Assembly: GCA_030148305.1 (NCBI GenBank)
Contig: JASBTS010000097.1
Span: forward strand, 25,631 to 89,630
From: Allomuricauda sp.
GTDB lineage: Bacteria; Bacteroidota; Bacteroidia; Flavobacteriales; Flavobacteriaceae
DNA: 64,000 nucleotides
Direction of reading: 5' to 3'
Notes under the pieces: generated by a model
Told to the model about the DNA's origin: nothing
Databases searched by the model: none
What the model saw: the letters and a program-made list of their open reading frames with translations, nothing else
In this document: one piece after another, positions 38,993-48,674 of the stretch
Layout: each line of letters starts with the position of its first letter
Position numbering within the stretch: the first letter of the stretch is position 1
Translations under genes and position numbers: made by a program

Positions 38993-39685
38993 TTACTCTA
39001 GGATTCTTGCTTTCACATCCTCCAAATAACTGCGTCCGATGACGTATCGTTTTCCCTTGATTTCAACACTGTTGCCCTCCAAAGCGTCAATTTTATCAAT
39101 GGAAACAGTATAGGACCGGTGTATCCTGATAAATTTTTCATCCGAAAGTTCGTCGGTAAAGGCACTGAGGGTTTTGTGTACAATTAGATTTTCTTTGGCC
39201 GTAATGATCTTGATGTAGTCCTTCAAACTTTCTATAAGGATAATCTCGTCCAAATAGATTTTTTTCATCTTTTTTTTGTCCACTTTCACAAATATGTGTT
39301 CCCTAGTGGCATCCCCTTTTGAATCGTTCTTCAATTTGGCCATGGCCTTGTTTATGGCCTTAATGAACCGGGGCAACGATATGGGTTTTACCAAATAGTC
39401 GAGCACTTCTTGGTCAAAACCTTTGGCTGCATGTTCGGCATGGGCACTTGTGATGATGACCAAAGGTTTGTCGTCCAAACTTTCCAAAAAACTGAACCCA
39501 TCAATGATCGGCATGTTCACATCCAGGAAAAGAAGGTCGGGTTTGTTTTCCCTTAAATATTCCAAACTGTCTATGGCATTGTTGAAAACGGCAACCGATT
39601 GGAGTTCCTTGATCTGGGAAATATGGTTTTCGATGACCTTTACCGCAAGGGGTTCATCATCGATGATAACACATTTTAAAATCAT
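38993..39685 (-). CDS. LytTR-family response regulator
   Basis: IIDDEPLA, FLDVNMP, DYLVKP receiver motifs and FIRIHRSY LytTR domain. Confidence 0.95.
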   Translation of the reverse strand: MILKCVIIDDEPLAVKVIENHISQIKELQSVAVFNNAIDSLEYLRENKPDLLFLDVNMPIIDGFSFLESLDDKPLVIITSAHAEHAAKGFDQEVLDYLVKPISLPRFIKAINKAMAKLKNDSKGDATREHIFVKVDKKKMKKIYLDEIILIESLKDYIKIITAKENLIVHKTLSAFTDELSDEKFIRIHRSYTVSIDKIDALEGNSVEIKGKRYVIGRSYLEDVKARILE

Positions 39686-40764
39686 CTAAGGGTGAGCATT
39701 AAATTAACAACATATTCATCTGATCCGTCCTGTATGCTCAATCTATATTCGTCTTCGGCATATCTCAATTTCAATCTTTTTTCCACATTGGTCAACCCAA
39801 TTCCGCCGGATTTTTTGGATTTTTCCAAACAAGTATCCATAGGTTTGGTATTGCGCGCCTGAAAGTACAGAAACTTTTCCTCAATACGTATTTCGATACT
39901 GATCTTAACTTTTCCAATGTTTTTGTTGGCACCATGTTTAAAGGCATTTTCTATGAATTGGACCAATAGTAGAGGACCGATTTTGTGCCCCTTTGGATCG
40001 CCTTTAACGGTAAATTCCAACTCAAGGTTTTCATTGTACCTCATTTGCTCCAGATCTAAATAGTTTTGGATAAAATGGAGTTCTTTTTTAAGACTTTGGT
40101 TTTTGTCCTTGGTTTCGTAGAGAACATAGCGCATCAGGTCGGAAAGCTTGATAATAGTTTCGGGAGTGCGATCCGATTTCTCCAAACTTAACGAGTAAAT
40201 ATTGTTCAGCGTGTTGAAGAAAAAATGGGGGGAGATCTGCGCCCGTAAAAATCGCAACTCTGTTTCCAACTGTTCTTTTTCCAGTAAGGATGCTTTTCTT
40301 GTTTCCCGCAAATAATCTATGGTGAACTTGAACGAAGCCACAAAGGTGATCACATAAAGTTCCCCCAACATCATGACCACGGTAAAGTTCAAGGTCATGC
40401 TATAGGTCTCTGGACCTTCCGGCCAAACATTGTAACTGATCAAAAAATGGGTGAGAAGGTATTTGATGGTGACCATAATCAAAATGCTCACGAAAAGTGC
40501 GGCGATAAAGGATATATACTTCCTTTTGAATAGGAACCTTGGAATCAAATAATAAATGGTGAAATAGGAAAGCGTAATATGGATGGGAAACCCTAAAAGA
40601 TTCGATTTAAAGGAATAAATGTAATCATTGAAGTAACTTCCCCATCTTAGAAAATTGAATATGAAATAGATTGACCAGAATATTACATGGTGGATCGGTC
40701 GTATCTTATACTCGGTCACCGCATTGACCAAGAAGTTGTTGTTAACTCTATTTTGTATATGCAT
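39682..40764 (-). CDS. LytS-type sensor histidine kinase
   Basis: Four N-terminal TM helices; ELRFLRAQISPHFFFNTLNNIY, FIENAFKHG and GGIGLTNV. Confidence 0.93.
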   Translation of the reverse strand: MHIQNRVNNNFLVNAVTEYKIRPIHHVIFWSIYFIFNFLRWGSYFNDYIYSFKSNLLGFPIHITLSYFTIYYLIPRFLFKRKYISFIAALFVSILIMVTIKYLLTHFLISYNVWPEGPETYSMTLNFTVVMMLGELYVITFVASFKFTIDYLRETRKASLLEKEQLETELRFLRAQISPHFFFNTLNNIYSLSLEKSDRTPETIIKLSDLMRYVLYETKDKNQSLKKELHFIQNYLDLEQMRYNENLELEFTVKGDPKGHKIGPLLLVQFIENAFKHGANKNIGKVKISIEIRIEEKFLYFQARNTKPMDTCLEKSKKSGGIGLTNVEKRLKLRYAEDEYRLSIQDGSDEYVVNLMLTLR

Positions 40765-40920
40765 TATAGGGAATTCTTACTATTTTTCAACATTTGGCTT
40801 TTGATAATGGTCATTGGTCTAATAAAAGATTCGAAATACGGCTGAAATTAGGAATTTTTCCAAAGATTTATTCTTTGTTATGCCCAGGCATGATGAAACA
40901 CAAACCAATCAAAGCTATAG

Positions 40921-42009
40921 TTGAACATGCACAATACCATTAAAGGGATAATTTTTGGTCTTTTTTTTGTATTGCAAACGGCCATTATGGGACAACGCAT
41001 GGCATCACCCCGATCTATAGTGGTGTACAAAACACAGGATAGTATTGTTGTTGATGGTTTAGCGAATGAAACCTCATGGAGAAACGCCGAAGTTTCAGAG
41101 GATTTTGTGGACATTGAAGGAGTAAAGGTGCCTTCCTACGAGACCAATGTAAGAATGCTTTGGGACAAGGATTACCTCTATTTTTTTGCCGAGTTGGAAG
41201 AGCCGCATGTTTGGGCCGATATTACAGAGAGAGATGCCGTTATTTTCTATAATAATGACTTTGAGATTTTCATGGATCCCGATGGGGACACCCATAATTA
41301 CTATGAATTTGAAATGAATGCCCTGAATACCGTTTGGGACCTATTGTTGGTGAAACCGTATCGGGAAAATGGTCCGGTGGTAGATAGTTGGGATATCCTC
41401 GGAATTAAGACGGCAGTCCGTGTGAATGGAACCATTAACGATCCCAAAGATGTAGATGCCGGATGGAGTGTGGAAATAGCCATGCCTTGGTCCGTGCTAA
41501 CGGAGGCAAGCGGAAGTAACGATGTGCCCGAAGGACAATTTTGGCGCATCAATTTTTCTAGGGTGAATTGGGATTTTCAACTGGAAAATGGAAAATACGG
41601 CAGAAAAAAGAACGAGGAAGGCAAATATCTGCCGGAATATAATTGGGTATGGTCGCCCCAAGGAGTCATCAATATGCATGAGCCGGAACATTGGGGTTAC
41701 GCCTATTTTTCACCTTTGGAATCTGGCAAGAAAGATTCGTTTACCATTCCAAGGGACGAGGAGATCAGATGGTTGCTTTATTCCTTTTACAGACGACAAG
41801 AAAAATATAGGGAAGAACACGGAAAGTTTGCCGATTCCTTAAAACTTTTACAATTGGAACCATCATTATCTGACGGTACCAGAATAGAACTGGAATTGGA
41901 ACTTCATGGCAATGGCTGGAACCTGTTTGCCAAGAGCCCTTATACGGGCCAAACCTATTCCATCCGCGAAGACGGAAAATACCAACAAACTAAAAACCGA
42001 AAAAAATGA
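40921..42009 (+). CDS. Secreted CBM9-like carbohydrate-binding protein
   Basis: IVVDGLANETSW, VRMLWDKDYLYF, NDFEIFMDPDGD, YYEFEMNALNTVWDL, WRINFSRV and NWVWSPQGVINMHEPE. Confidence 0.82.
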   Translation: MNMHNTIKGIIFGLFFVLQTAIMGQRMASPRSIVVYKTQDSIVVDGLANETSWRNAEVSEDFVDIEGVKVPSYETNVRMLWDKDYLYFFAELEEPHVWADITERDAVIFYNNDFEIFMDPDGDTHNYYEFEMNALNTVWDLLLVKPYRENGPVVDSWDILGIKTAVRVNGTINDPKDVDAGWSVEIAMPWSVLTEASGSNDVPEGQFWRINFSRVNWDFQLENGKYGRKKNEEGKYLPEYNWVWSPQGVINMHEPEHWGYAYFSPLESGKKDSFTIPRDEEIRWLLYSFYRRQEKYREEHGKFADSLKLLQLEPSLSDGTRIELELELHGNGWNLFAKSPYTGQTYSIREDGKYQQTKNRKK

Positions 42010-43115
42010 AACTACGATTGATTTTTGGGGCACTCTTGGCCATGGGCATGACATCATGCTTGGACAACATTGACCAAAAGCCCCAAGCAAAAGAAGAACC
42101 GATTGTATCTGAAAAACCATTCAAGTATTGGAGTTGGATTACAGCGGATCCCAAGCGGGACGATGCTTCCTACATCACCGAATTTAAAAAGTACAAGGAA
42201 AACGGATTGGACGCCATACTAATAAATACCAATACCGATCCGGTTCTTTTGGGTAGATTGGCCCCTTTGGCCAAAAGGGAAGGATTGGAGGTACATGCTT
42301 GGATCATGGCCATGAACCGACCTGGTGATTCGATCGTACAGCAACATCCTGAATGGTATGTGGTAAGTAGAAAGGGGGAGTCCGCCTACGATCACAGGCC
42401 TTATGTAGGCTATTATGAATTTTTATGTCCTACCCGTGAGGAATCCCGTAACCATGTGCTACGATTGGTTGAGGGTCTTTCCAAAGTAGAAGATGTGGCC
42501 AGCGTGCATTTGGATTACATCAGGTTCCCCGATGTGTATCTTCCCATTGGGCTTTTGCCCAAGTATGATCTGGTTCAGAACGAGGAACTTCCCGAATATG
42601 ATTTCTGCTATTGTGATGTCTGTATCTCGGAATTTCAAAAGGAATATCACAAAAACCCCAGGGAAATGGAAAACCCTGCCATTGACATGGAATGGAAACA
42701 GTTCCGTCTTAACAAGATCAGGAATGTAGTCAACGAGGCATACCAGATTGCACACAAGAATAATAAGATTTTAACCGCTGCCGTATTTCCATATCCTGAA
42801 ATGGCCGATCATATGGTTCGCCAACGATGGGACAAATGGGATATTGATGCAGTGTTGCCCATGATCTACAATGTCTTTTACAATGAAGGAACCGATTGGG
42901 TCGGTTTTGCCACAAAACAAGGTGTGGAAGATCTTAAAGACAAGGGCACGGAACTGCATACTGGAATTTATGTGCCCGGAATGAGCCCAGAGGATTTGGG
43001 CAAGGCCATAGAGGAAGCCAAGGAAAATGGGGCCAAAGGGGTTTCCTTTTTTGATGGCCCTGCAATAACTGAAGATCAGCTTAAGGTTATCAGGTCTTCC
43101 AAAGAAGCTCAATAA
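42006..43115 (+). CDS. GHL10/DUF187-like TIM-barrel glycoside hydrolase lipoprotein
   Basis: Lipobox TSC; GLEVHAW, HPEWY, FLCP, VHLDYIRFPD, LTAAVF, RQRWDKW and PMIY motifs. Confidence 0.78.
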   Translation: MKLRLIFGALLAMGMTSCLDNIDQKPQAKEEPIVSEKPFKYWSWITADPKRDDASYITEFKKYKENGLDAILINTNTDPVLLGRLAPLAKREGLEVHAWIMAMNRPGDSIVQQHPEWYVVSRKGESAYDHRPYVGYYEFLCPTREESRNHVLRLVEGLSKVEDVASVHLDYIRFPDVYLPIGLLPKYDLVQNEELPEYDFCYCDVCISEFQKEYHKNPREMENPAIDMEWKQFRLNKIRNVVNEAYQIAHKNNKILTAAVFPYPEMADHMVRQRWDKWDIDAVLPMIYNVFYNEGTDWVGFATKQGVEDLKDKGTELHTGIYVPGMSPEDLGKAIEEAKENGAKGVSFFDGPAITEDQLKVIRSSKEAQ

Positions 43116-43168
43116 AAATTTAGATTGATCGGAACCATGTAGGGTTGGTCGAGGTCAAATTTTGTAAA

Positions 43169-43230
43169 GAGTCCTTTGAATTTTGGGTATATGCCGCTGG
43201 CTATACGCCCAGGTTTCAAAGGCTTTTTTT
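43169..43230 (+). terminator. Intrinsic terminator
   Basis: CCTTTGAA..TGGGTATA / TATACGCCCA..TTCAAAGG followed by a T7 tract. Confidence 0.65.
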
Positions 43231-43553
43231 ATTTCATGAAGTAGAAGTGTACCCATGAATAAGTGTTTGTTTGTACACGTATGATTCTTTTAAAACCGTT
43301 TATTTCACTGGGGTTTAAGGCATTTTTCACTTATTAAAGAAAAGATAAAAAGGGCACCTAAATCGTTTTCGTACTCCAGTTTTGAATTTCCAGGTAATTT
43401 TTTAAAAGCGTAATTCCTCCCTTTGGCTCTTCAGCGTCGTTGTTGGTCGAAATTTTTTCTACAATCAGTCTGTATTCGAGACTTTCACCTAGTTAACTTA
43501 ATGTTAACAATACATAAAACTAAATACCTTAATTAACGATCAAAAAAACTAAC

Positions 43554-46500
43554 ATGATTCAAAAACTAACGTATGTAATGGTCTTTGCAGTATTGTTTTC
43601 GATACAGGCAGCAATGGCACAGACGATTACCGGAACGGTTTCTGATGCAACAGGGACTCCGCTACCAGGGGTCAACATTGTTGAAAAGGGAACCAGCAAC
43701 GGAGTTACTTCCGATTTTGATGGCAATTACAGCATTACAGTTTCTAGCAGTGATGCCATTTTGGTGTATTCCTATTTGGGGTACAAGCCGTTCGAATCTT
43801 CCATTTCTGGAAGAAGTACCATCAACGTGTCCTTGGAAGAGGATACCCAGTTGTTGGATGAGGTCGTCGTGACCGCTTTGGGCATTAGCAGGGAGAAAAA
43901 ATCCTTGGGATATGCCGTGACCGAAGTGGAATCCGAGCAGATCAACACCGTTAAGGACTACAACGTGGCCAATTCCTTGGTAGGAAAAGTGGCCGGTTTG
44001 GTGGTTAACCAATCCGGTGGTGTGGGATCTGGTTCCAGGATTGTGCTTCGTGGTAACAATTCCATTACAGGTAACAACCAAGCCCTGATCGTGGTGGATG
44101 GTATTCCAATCGACATGTCAGGTACAGAATCCGGTGGAAGTGTTTACAGCAGTAGCGTAACAGGTGGTGGTATCACCGACTTGAACCCAGAGGACATCGA
44201 GTCTGTTTCTGTATTGAAAGGTCCTAACGCGGCCGCTCTTTATGGATCGCGTGCTGCAAGTGGTGTTTTATTGATCACCACCAAAAAAGGTACGAAAGGA
44301 AGAGGTTTGGGCGTATCCTTCAATTCGAACGTAACCTTGGAAAACCCAATGTTCTTGCCCGAGTATCAAAATGAGTACGGACAAGGAAGCAATGGTACTC
44401 CCTATGCTGACTTGGCCGGTATGGGAACTGCATCTTGGGGTTCACGTATGGATGGCTCACAGCAACTTTATTACACTGGGAATACCAAAGCTTACACAGC
44501 GCAACCTAATAATGTAAAAGATTATTTTGAAACAGGAGCCAAGCTTATTAATTCCGTTTCATTGGACAAAGGAGGCGAAGATTACAGTATGCGTTTTTCG
44601 TATACCAATAACTATACGACTTCCATTATTCCAAATTCAAAATTACAGAGCCACAACCTAAACCTAAGGACTTTGGTGGATATTTCTGATAAATTGAGCT
44701 TTGATGGAAAAGCTACGTACTTCACCCAAGATTTGACCAATAGGGTAAACTTGGGTACAGAAGGAGTTTTGGGCTATGTGTACTACATGCCTAGAAGTGT
44801 GGATGTGAACGATTTGAAAACCTATCAAATTGATAGTCCATCCTTGTACGAACCAACCAGTGGATTGAGCGATTATGATGTAATCAGCTATTCTGGTAGC
44901 GGAAAAAGTGTAGGTAACCCATACTGGATTCAATACGAGGATACCAACAACCAGAGACGTGATCGTTTTCTAGGTTTTGGAAAACTTAACTACGAGTTCA
45001 CCGATTGGTTGTCAGCCTTCATAAGGGTAGGTGGCGATATTACCAACGTAAGAACTGAGGTAATCAATCCTGTCGGACATCACTTCAACCGTTACGGATA
45101 CCTTTCTTTTACGGATAATAAGTATACCGAGCTGAACTCCGATTTCTTGATCACTGCGAACAAGAATATTACTGAAAAGTTGAACCTGACAGCAAATGTG
45201 GGTGGTAACTTGAGCAAGCGTACCGCTGAGGCCATGAGTGTTACAGGTTCCCAGTTCAAGATTCCTACAAGGGCTTTGTTGGCCAACACCAATATTCAAT
45301 CGAGCACCCACACTCCAATGGAGATCAAAAAAGTAAACTCAATCTACGGATCGGTTTCCTTGGGTTATGATAATTTCATGTATTTGGATTTGACAGCGAG
45401 GAACGATTGGTCGTCTACCTTGGCAGATAACAACCGCTCCTACTTTTATCCATCTGTGAGTTATGCAGTTCTTGTGGATAGGTTCATCGATCCCGATAAA
45501 AATGTATTGGATATGTTGAAGTTAAGGACCAGCTGGGCCGAAGTAGGTAACGATACTGGTGTGTACCAGTTGTACCAAACTTTCGATGTGCCACAACAAG
45601 GTTACTTGGGTCTTACCACCTTGAGTTCCCCAAATATCCGATATAATGAGGATTTGAAGCCTGAGAGCGTTAAATCCATGGAATTTGGTGCTGAGGCCAG
45701 ATTGTTCACTAACCGTTTGTATCTTGATTTCTCTTTGTATAACATCACTACAAACGACATGATCTATGACCTTCCTGTTCCAGCGGCCACAGGTTACAAC
45801 TATTACAAGTCGAACATCGGTGAAGTACAGAACAAAGGTGTGGAATTCTTGATTGGTGGTGTACCGGTAAAGACAAAGGATTTTTCTTGGGATGTTTCCT
45901 TTAACTTCTCCAAAAACAAGAACACTGTAAATTCCTTGATCGAAGGATTGGATGGCACCGTATTGAATACGACCAACTCTGGAAACGTTGCCATTACTGC
46001 AAACGTGGGCGGTGGTATCGGTGATATCTACGGAACCGTATGGGCCACTGATGAAGATGGCAACAAATTGGTAAATGCCGAAGGTATTCCTTATGCTTCT
46101 TCCGAAAGACAACTTTTGGGTAACTCCCAACCAGATTGGATCGGTGGTTTGACCAACACTTTCAATTACAAGAACTTGTCTTTACGTGTTTTGGTTGATG
46201 GTCGTGTAGGTGGAGAAATCTACTCTGCAACTTCAGCTAGCTTGGATGGAAGTGGTGTTTCTGAAAGAACCCTTCAATACAGGGATGGTGGTGTTGTGGT
46301 AGATGCCATCAACTCCGATACAGGTGTTGCCAATACCGAAAGTATTACGGCTCAAGAATATTGGGGAGCCATGTCATCCATTGCAGAAAACTATGTTTAC
46401 GAACAAACCAATGTGAGGTTGAGGGAATTTGCATTGACCTATAATTTCAGTAGCAACTTGGTACGTAAGATCGGATTGAATTCCGCTTCGTTGGGAGTTA

Positions 46501-46649
46501 TTGGAAGAAACATGTTCTTTTTCTACAAAAAGGCCAAGGATATTGATCCAGATGCCACTTTGGGAACTGGGTTGACCGGTCAGGGTATTTCCATTAACAA
46601 CGTACCCACGGTAAGAAGCCTTGGGTTGAACCTTAACCTGAAATTATAA
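43554..46649 (+). CDS. susC: SusC/RagA TonB-dependent transporter
   Basis: VVVTALGISREKKSLGYAV, DIESVSVLKGPNAAALYGSRA, RNDWSSTL and LKPE motifs. Confidence 0.95.
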   Translation: MIQKLTYVMVFAVLFSIQAAMAQTITGTVSDATGTPLPGVNIVEKGTSNGVTSDFDGNYSITVSSSDAILVYSYLGYKPFESSISGRSTINVSLEEDTQLLDEVVVTALGISREKKSLGYAVTEVESEQINTVKDYNVANSLVGKVAGLVVNQSGGVGSGSRIVLRGNNSITGNNQALIVVDGIPIDMSGTESGGSVYSSSVTGGGITDLNPEDIESVSVLKGPNAAALYGSRAASGVLLITTKKGTKGRGLGVSFNSNVTLENPMFLPEYQNEYGQGSNGTPYADLAGMGTASWGSRMDGSQQLYYTGNTKAYTAQPNNVKDYFETGAKLINSVSLDKGGEDYSMRFSYTNNYTTSIIPNSKLQSHNLNLRTLVDISDKLSFDGKATYFTQDLTNRVNLGTEGVLGYVYYMPRSVDVNDLKTYQIDSPSLYEPTSGLSDYDVISYSGSGKSVGNPYWIQYEDTNNQRRDRFLGFGKLNYEFTDWLSAFIRVGGDITNVRTEVINPVGHHFNRYGYLSFTDNKYTELNSDFLITANKNITEKLNLTANVGGNLSKRTAEAMSVTGSQFKIPTRALLANTNIQSSTHTPMEIKKVNSIYGSVSLGYDNFMYLDLTARNDWSSTLADNNRSYFYPSVSYAVLVDRFIDPDKNVLDMLKLRTSWAEVGNDTGVYQLYQTFDVPQQGYLGLTTLSSPNIRYNEDLKPESVKSMEFGAEARLFTNRLYLDFSLYNITTNDMIYDLPVPAATGYNYYKSNIGEVQNKGVEFLIGGVPVKTKDFSWDVSFNFSKNKNTVNSLIEGLDGTVLNTTNSGNVAITANVGGGIGDIYGTVWATDEDGNKLVNAEGIPYASSERQLLGNSQPDWIGGLTNTFNYKNLSLRVLVDGRVGGEIYSATSASLDGSGVSERTLQYRDGGVVVDAINSDTGVANTESITAQEYWGAMSSIAENYVYEQTNVRLREFALTYNFSSNLVRKIGLNSASLGVIGRNMFFFYKKAKDIDPDATLGTGLTGQGISINNVPTVRSLGLNLNLKL

Positions 46650-46653
46650 AAAA

Positions 46654-48369
46654 ATGAAAATGAAAAAAGAAATCATGAGAATAGGAATGGCCTTGGCCGT
46701 CCTGTTGTTCGCTATAAGTTGTTCCGATTTTGACGAGATCAACGTAAAGCCAAATGCCTTTACGTCCGATGAGGTCAGTGCGAAATATTTTGTAACGGAG
46801 ACACAGATCCAACTGTATGCTCCCAACCGTTATCCTTACTGGAGGGCACAATTGATCCATTGGGATCGTTTTGCAGGTCAGTTCTGTTTTGGATTCAATG
46901 GTAGCTGGTGGACTGATGGTCTTTCATATACTTATGACTCAGGATATACCGATGCTGCCTATGATTACTTGGCGGGCTATACATCGAGCCTGAGCGCCTT
47001 TTTGAACTTTGTAAAAGAAGGAGGAGAGCTTGAAAACCAAAACTATTATGCCATTGGATTGATCATGAAGGGGTTGTATTACCAAACCTATACAGATGTT
47101 TTTGGTATGGTTCCTTATTCCGAGGCTTTGAATCCTGACATTATTACGCCTGTTTATGATTCCCAAGCGGCAATCTATGAGGGAGTGATCAATGAATTGA
47201 ACGAGGCCATGGAAATTATTGGTTCATCAACAGTGACCGGAGAGGGAGTTGAGCTTTTGTCTGTAAACGACCTGTTCTTTGGTGGTGATTTGCAACAATG
47301 GAAAAAACTGGCCAACACCCTTAAGCTGAGAATGGCTTTGAGGGCTCAAGGTGCTCCAGGAGCTGATTTTGCCAATGCTGCCATTACAGAGGCCATGGCA
47401 GCTGACCTTTTGGTCGCTGAAACGGATAATGCCCTTATGGAAAAAGATACCGAAATCTCCCAATGGTCCAATGCGGCATATGGTGATGTTTGGTATAACT
47501 TCGGAGTAGGATCTAACTGGACCGTGGGTAAAACCTTAGTGGATTACCTTCAAAACAACAACGATCCAAGATTGCCTATGTATGCCCAGCCTATCGATGG
47601 GGGTGAGGTAGTATTTACGGAACCTGTTGAAGGAGAAGGCGCTGCCCTTTTCACCAAGCATGTAGATTTTATCTTGGCACAATTGGATAACGCAGGGGTT
47701 AGCTATACTAGGGTAGATGGTACCAATGTTGACGGACAAGCCACTGTAACCATTAATGTGGCTACCGATACTCCTTACTACGTAGGGCAACCAACACGAT
47801 TGAACGGATTGATCTATACCCACGTTAAGGAAGCTCTTTTCTCAAGGCCAGCACAATTGATTATCAATGCCAAAAACCAAGGGAATGATATTTTCCCAGA
47901 AATCGTATTTACCGCTGCGGAAGGCAACTTCTTGCAAGCAGAGGCGATTGTGAAAGGTTTGGCAACCGGTGATGCGCAGACATTGTACCAAGATGGTATC
48001 AGACAAGCCATGAAAATTTGGGGAGTTGATGATGCTTCCATTGAAACCTTCTTGGCAACGGAGTCCATGGCTCAGTTGGATGGTTCAGCTGAAGCAAATC
48101 TCGAAAAAATCAGCATCCAGAGATGGATTGCGGCCTATACTGATGGTTCAGAAGCATGGTCTATCGTAAGGGATAGTGGATACCCATCCGAGCTTTCAGC
48201 CGGGGTATCCGATTATGATCTGTACAGTGCAGGTACCTTGAATGGGGCATATCCTCAAAGAATGCGCTATGGTACTGGTGCGTACAACACCAACGGTCCT
48301 AATACCGAAGCAGCCAACGCTGCCCAAGGACCAGATTTACAAGGAACTAAACTTTGGTTTGCACAATAA
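46654..48369 (+). CDS. susD: SusD-like lipoprotein
   Basis: Lipobox ISC; TDVFGMVPYSEA, YDSQ..IY, WKKLANTLKLRMALR, DPRL, FLQAEA, IQRWIA and PQRMRY motifs. Confidence 0.92.
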   Translation: MKMKKEIMRIGMALAVLLFAISCSDFDEINVKPNAFTSDEVSAKYFVTETQIQLYAPNRYPYWRAQLIHWDRFAGQFCFGFNGSWWTDGLSYTYDSGYTDAAYDYLAGYTSSLSAFLNFVKEGGELENQNYYAIGLIMKGLYYQTYTDVFGMVPYSEALNPDIITPVYDSQAAIYEGVINELNEAMEIIGSSTVTGEGVELLSVNDLFFGGDLQQWKKLANTLKLRMALRAQGAPGADFANAAITEAMAADLLVAETDNALMEKDTEISQWSNAAYGDVWYNFGVGSNWTVGKTLVDYLQNNNDPRLPMYAQPIDGGEVVFTEPVEGEGAALFTKHVDFILAQLDNAGVSYTRVDGTNVDGQATVTINVATDTPYYVGQPTRLNGLIYTHVKEALFSRPAQLIINAKNQGNDIFPEIVFTAAEGNFLQAEAIVKGLATGDAQTLYQDGIRQAMKIWGVDDASIETFLATESMAQLDGSAEANLEKISIQRWIAAYTDGSEAWSIVRDSGYPSELSAGVSDYDLYSAGTLNGAYPQRMRYGTGAYNTNGPNTEAANAAQGPDLQGTKLWFAQ

Positions 48370-48435
48370 ACCATAGCTATTATGGGTCCCAACGGACCAA
48401 TTCATAATTTGAGTTAGTTTAATTAGAGTTAAGTG

Positions 48436-48469
48436 AGTAAAGGAAGATCTGATCTTCCTTTACTTTTTT
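48436..48469 (+). terminator. Intrinsic terminator after susD
   Basis: Perfect 13-bp stem AGTAAAGGAAGAT / ATCTTCCTTTACT followed by a T-tract. Confidence 0.8.
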
Positions 48470-48674
48470 AATTTAGAAACTATTTGTAAAGTGATGAAGT
48501 AACAGGCTCTTGTTGTTTACGTATTTAACTTTTGAATCAAGCAAATAAACCGTTTGCATGTCTTGAAGAACATGTTTTTGAATGGAATCTCAATAGTGAA
48601 TATGTTGAATGTTTGGAGACCGAATGGAATTAAGGTCATTGGATTATCCAAAAATCAAATATGATAATCAAAAA

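Noticed and set aside
43125-43150. TTGATC-N14-TTGGTC as another LytTR site
   Set aside because: It lies between a stop codon and a terminator, not in a promoter position; probably chance.
43263-43278. GTGT-N8-ACAC as a third NrtR box
   Set aside because: The spacer is 8 nt rather than 7 and the flanks are not symmetric.
45522-46130. Long antisense ORFs (202 aa here; also 55230-55862, 54432-54968, 57225-57761, 23110-23616)
   Set aside because: They lie opposite well-supported genes, carry no recognisable motifs, and are expected shadows of codon bias.
48470-48674. Possible small ORF between the susD terminator and GH29
   Set aside because: Short, with no motif and no supporting expression signals.
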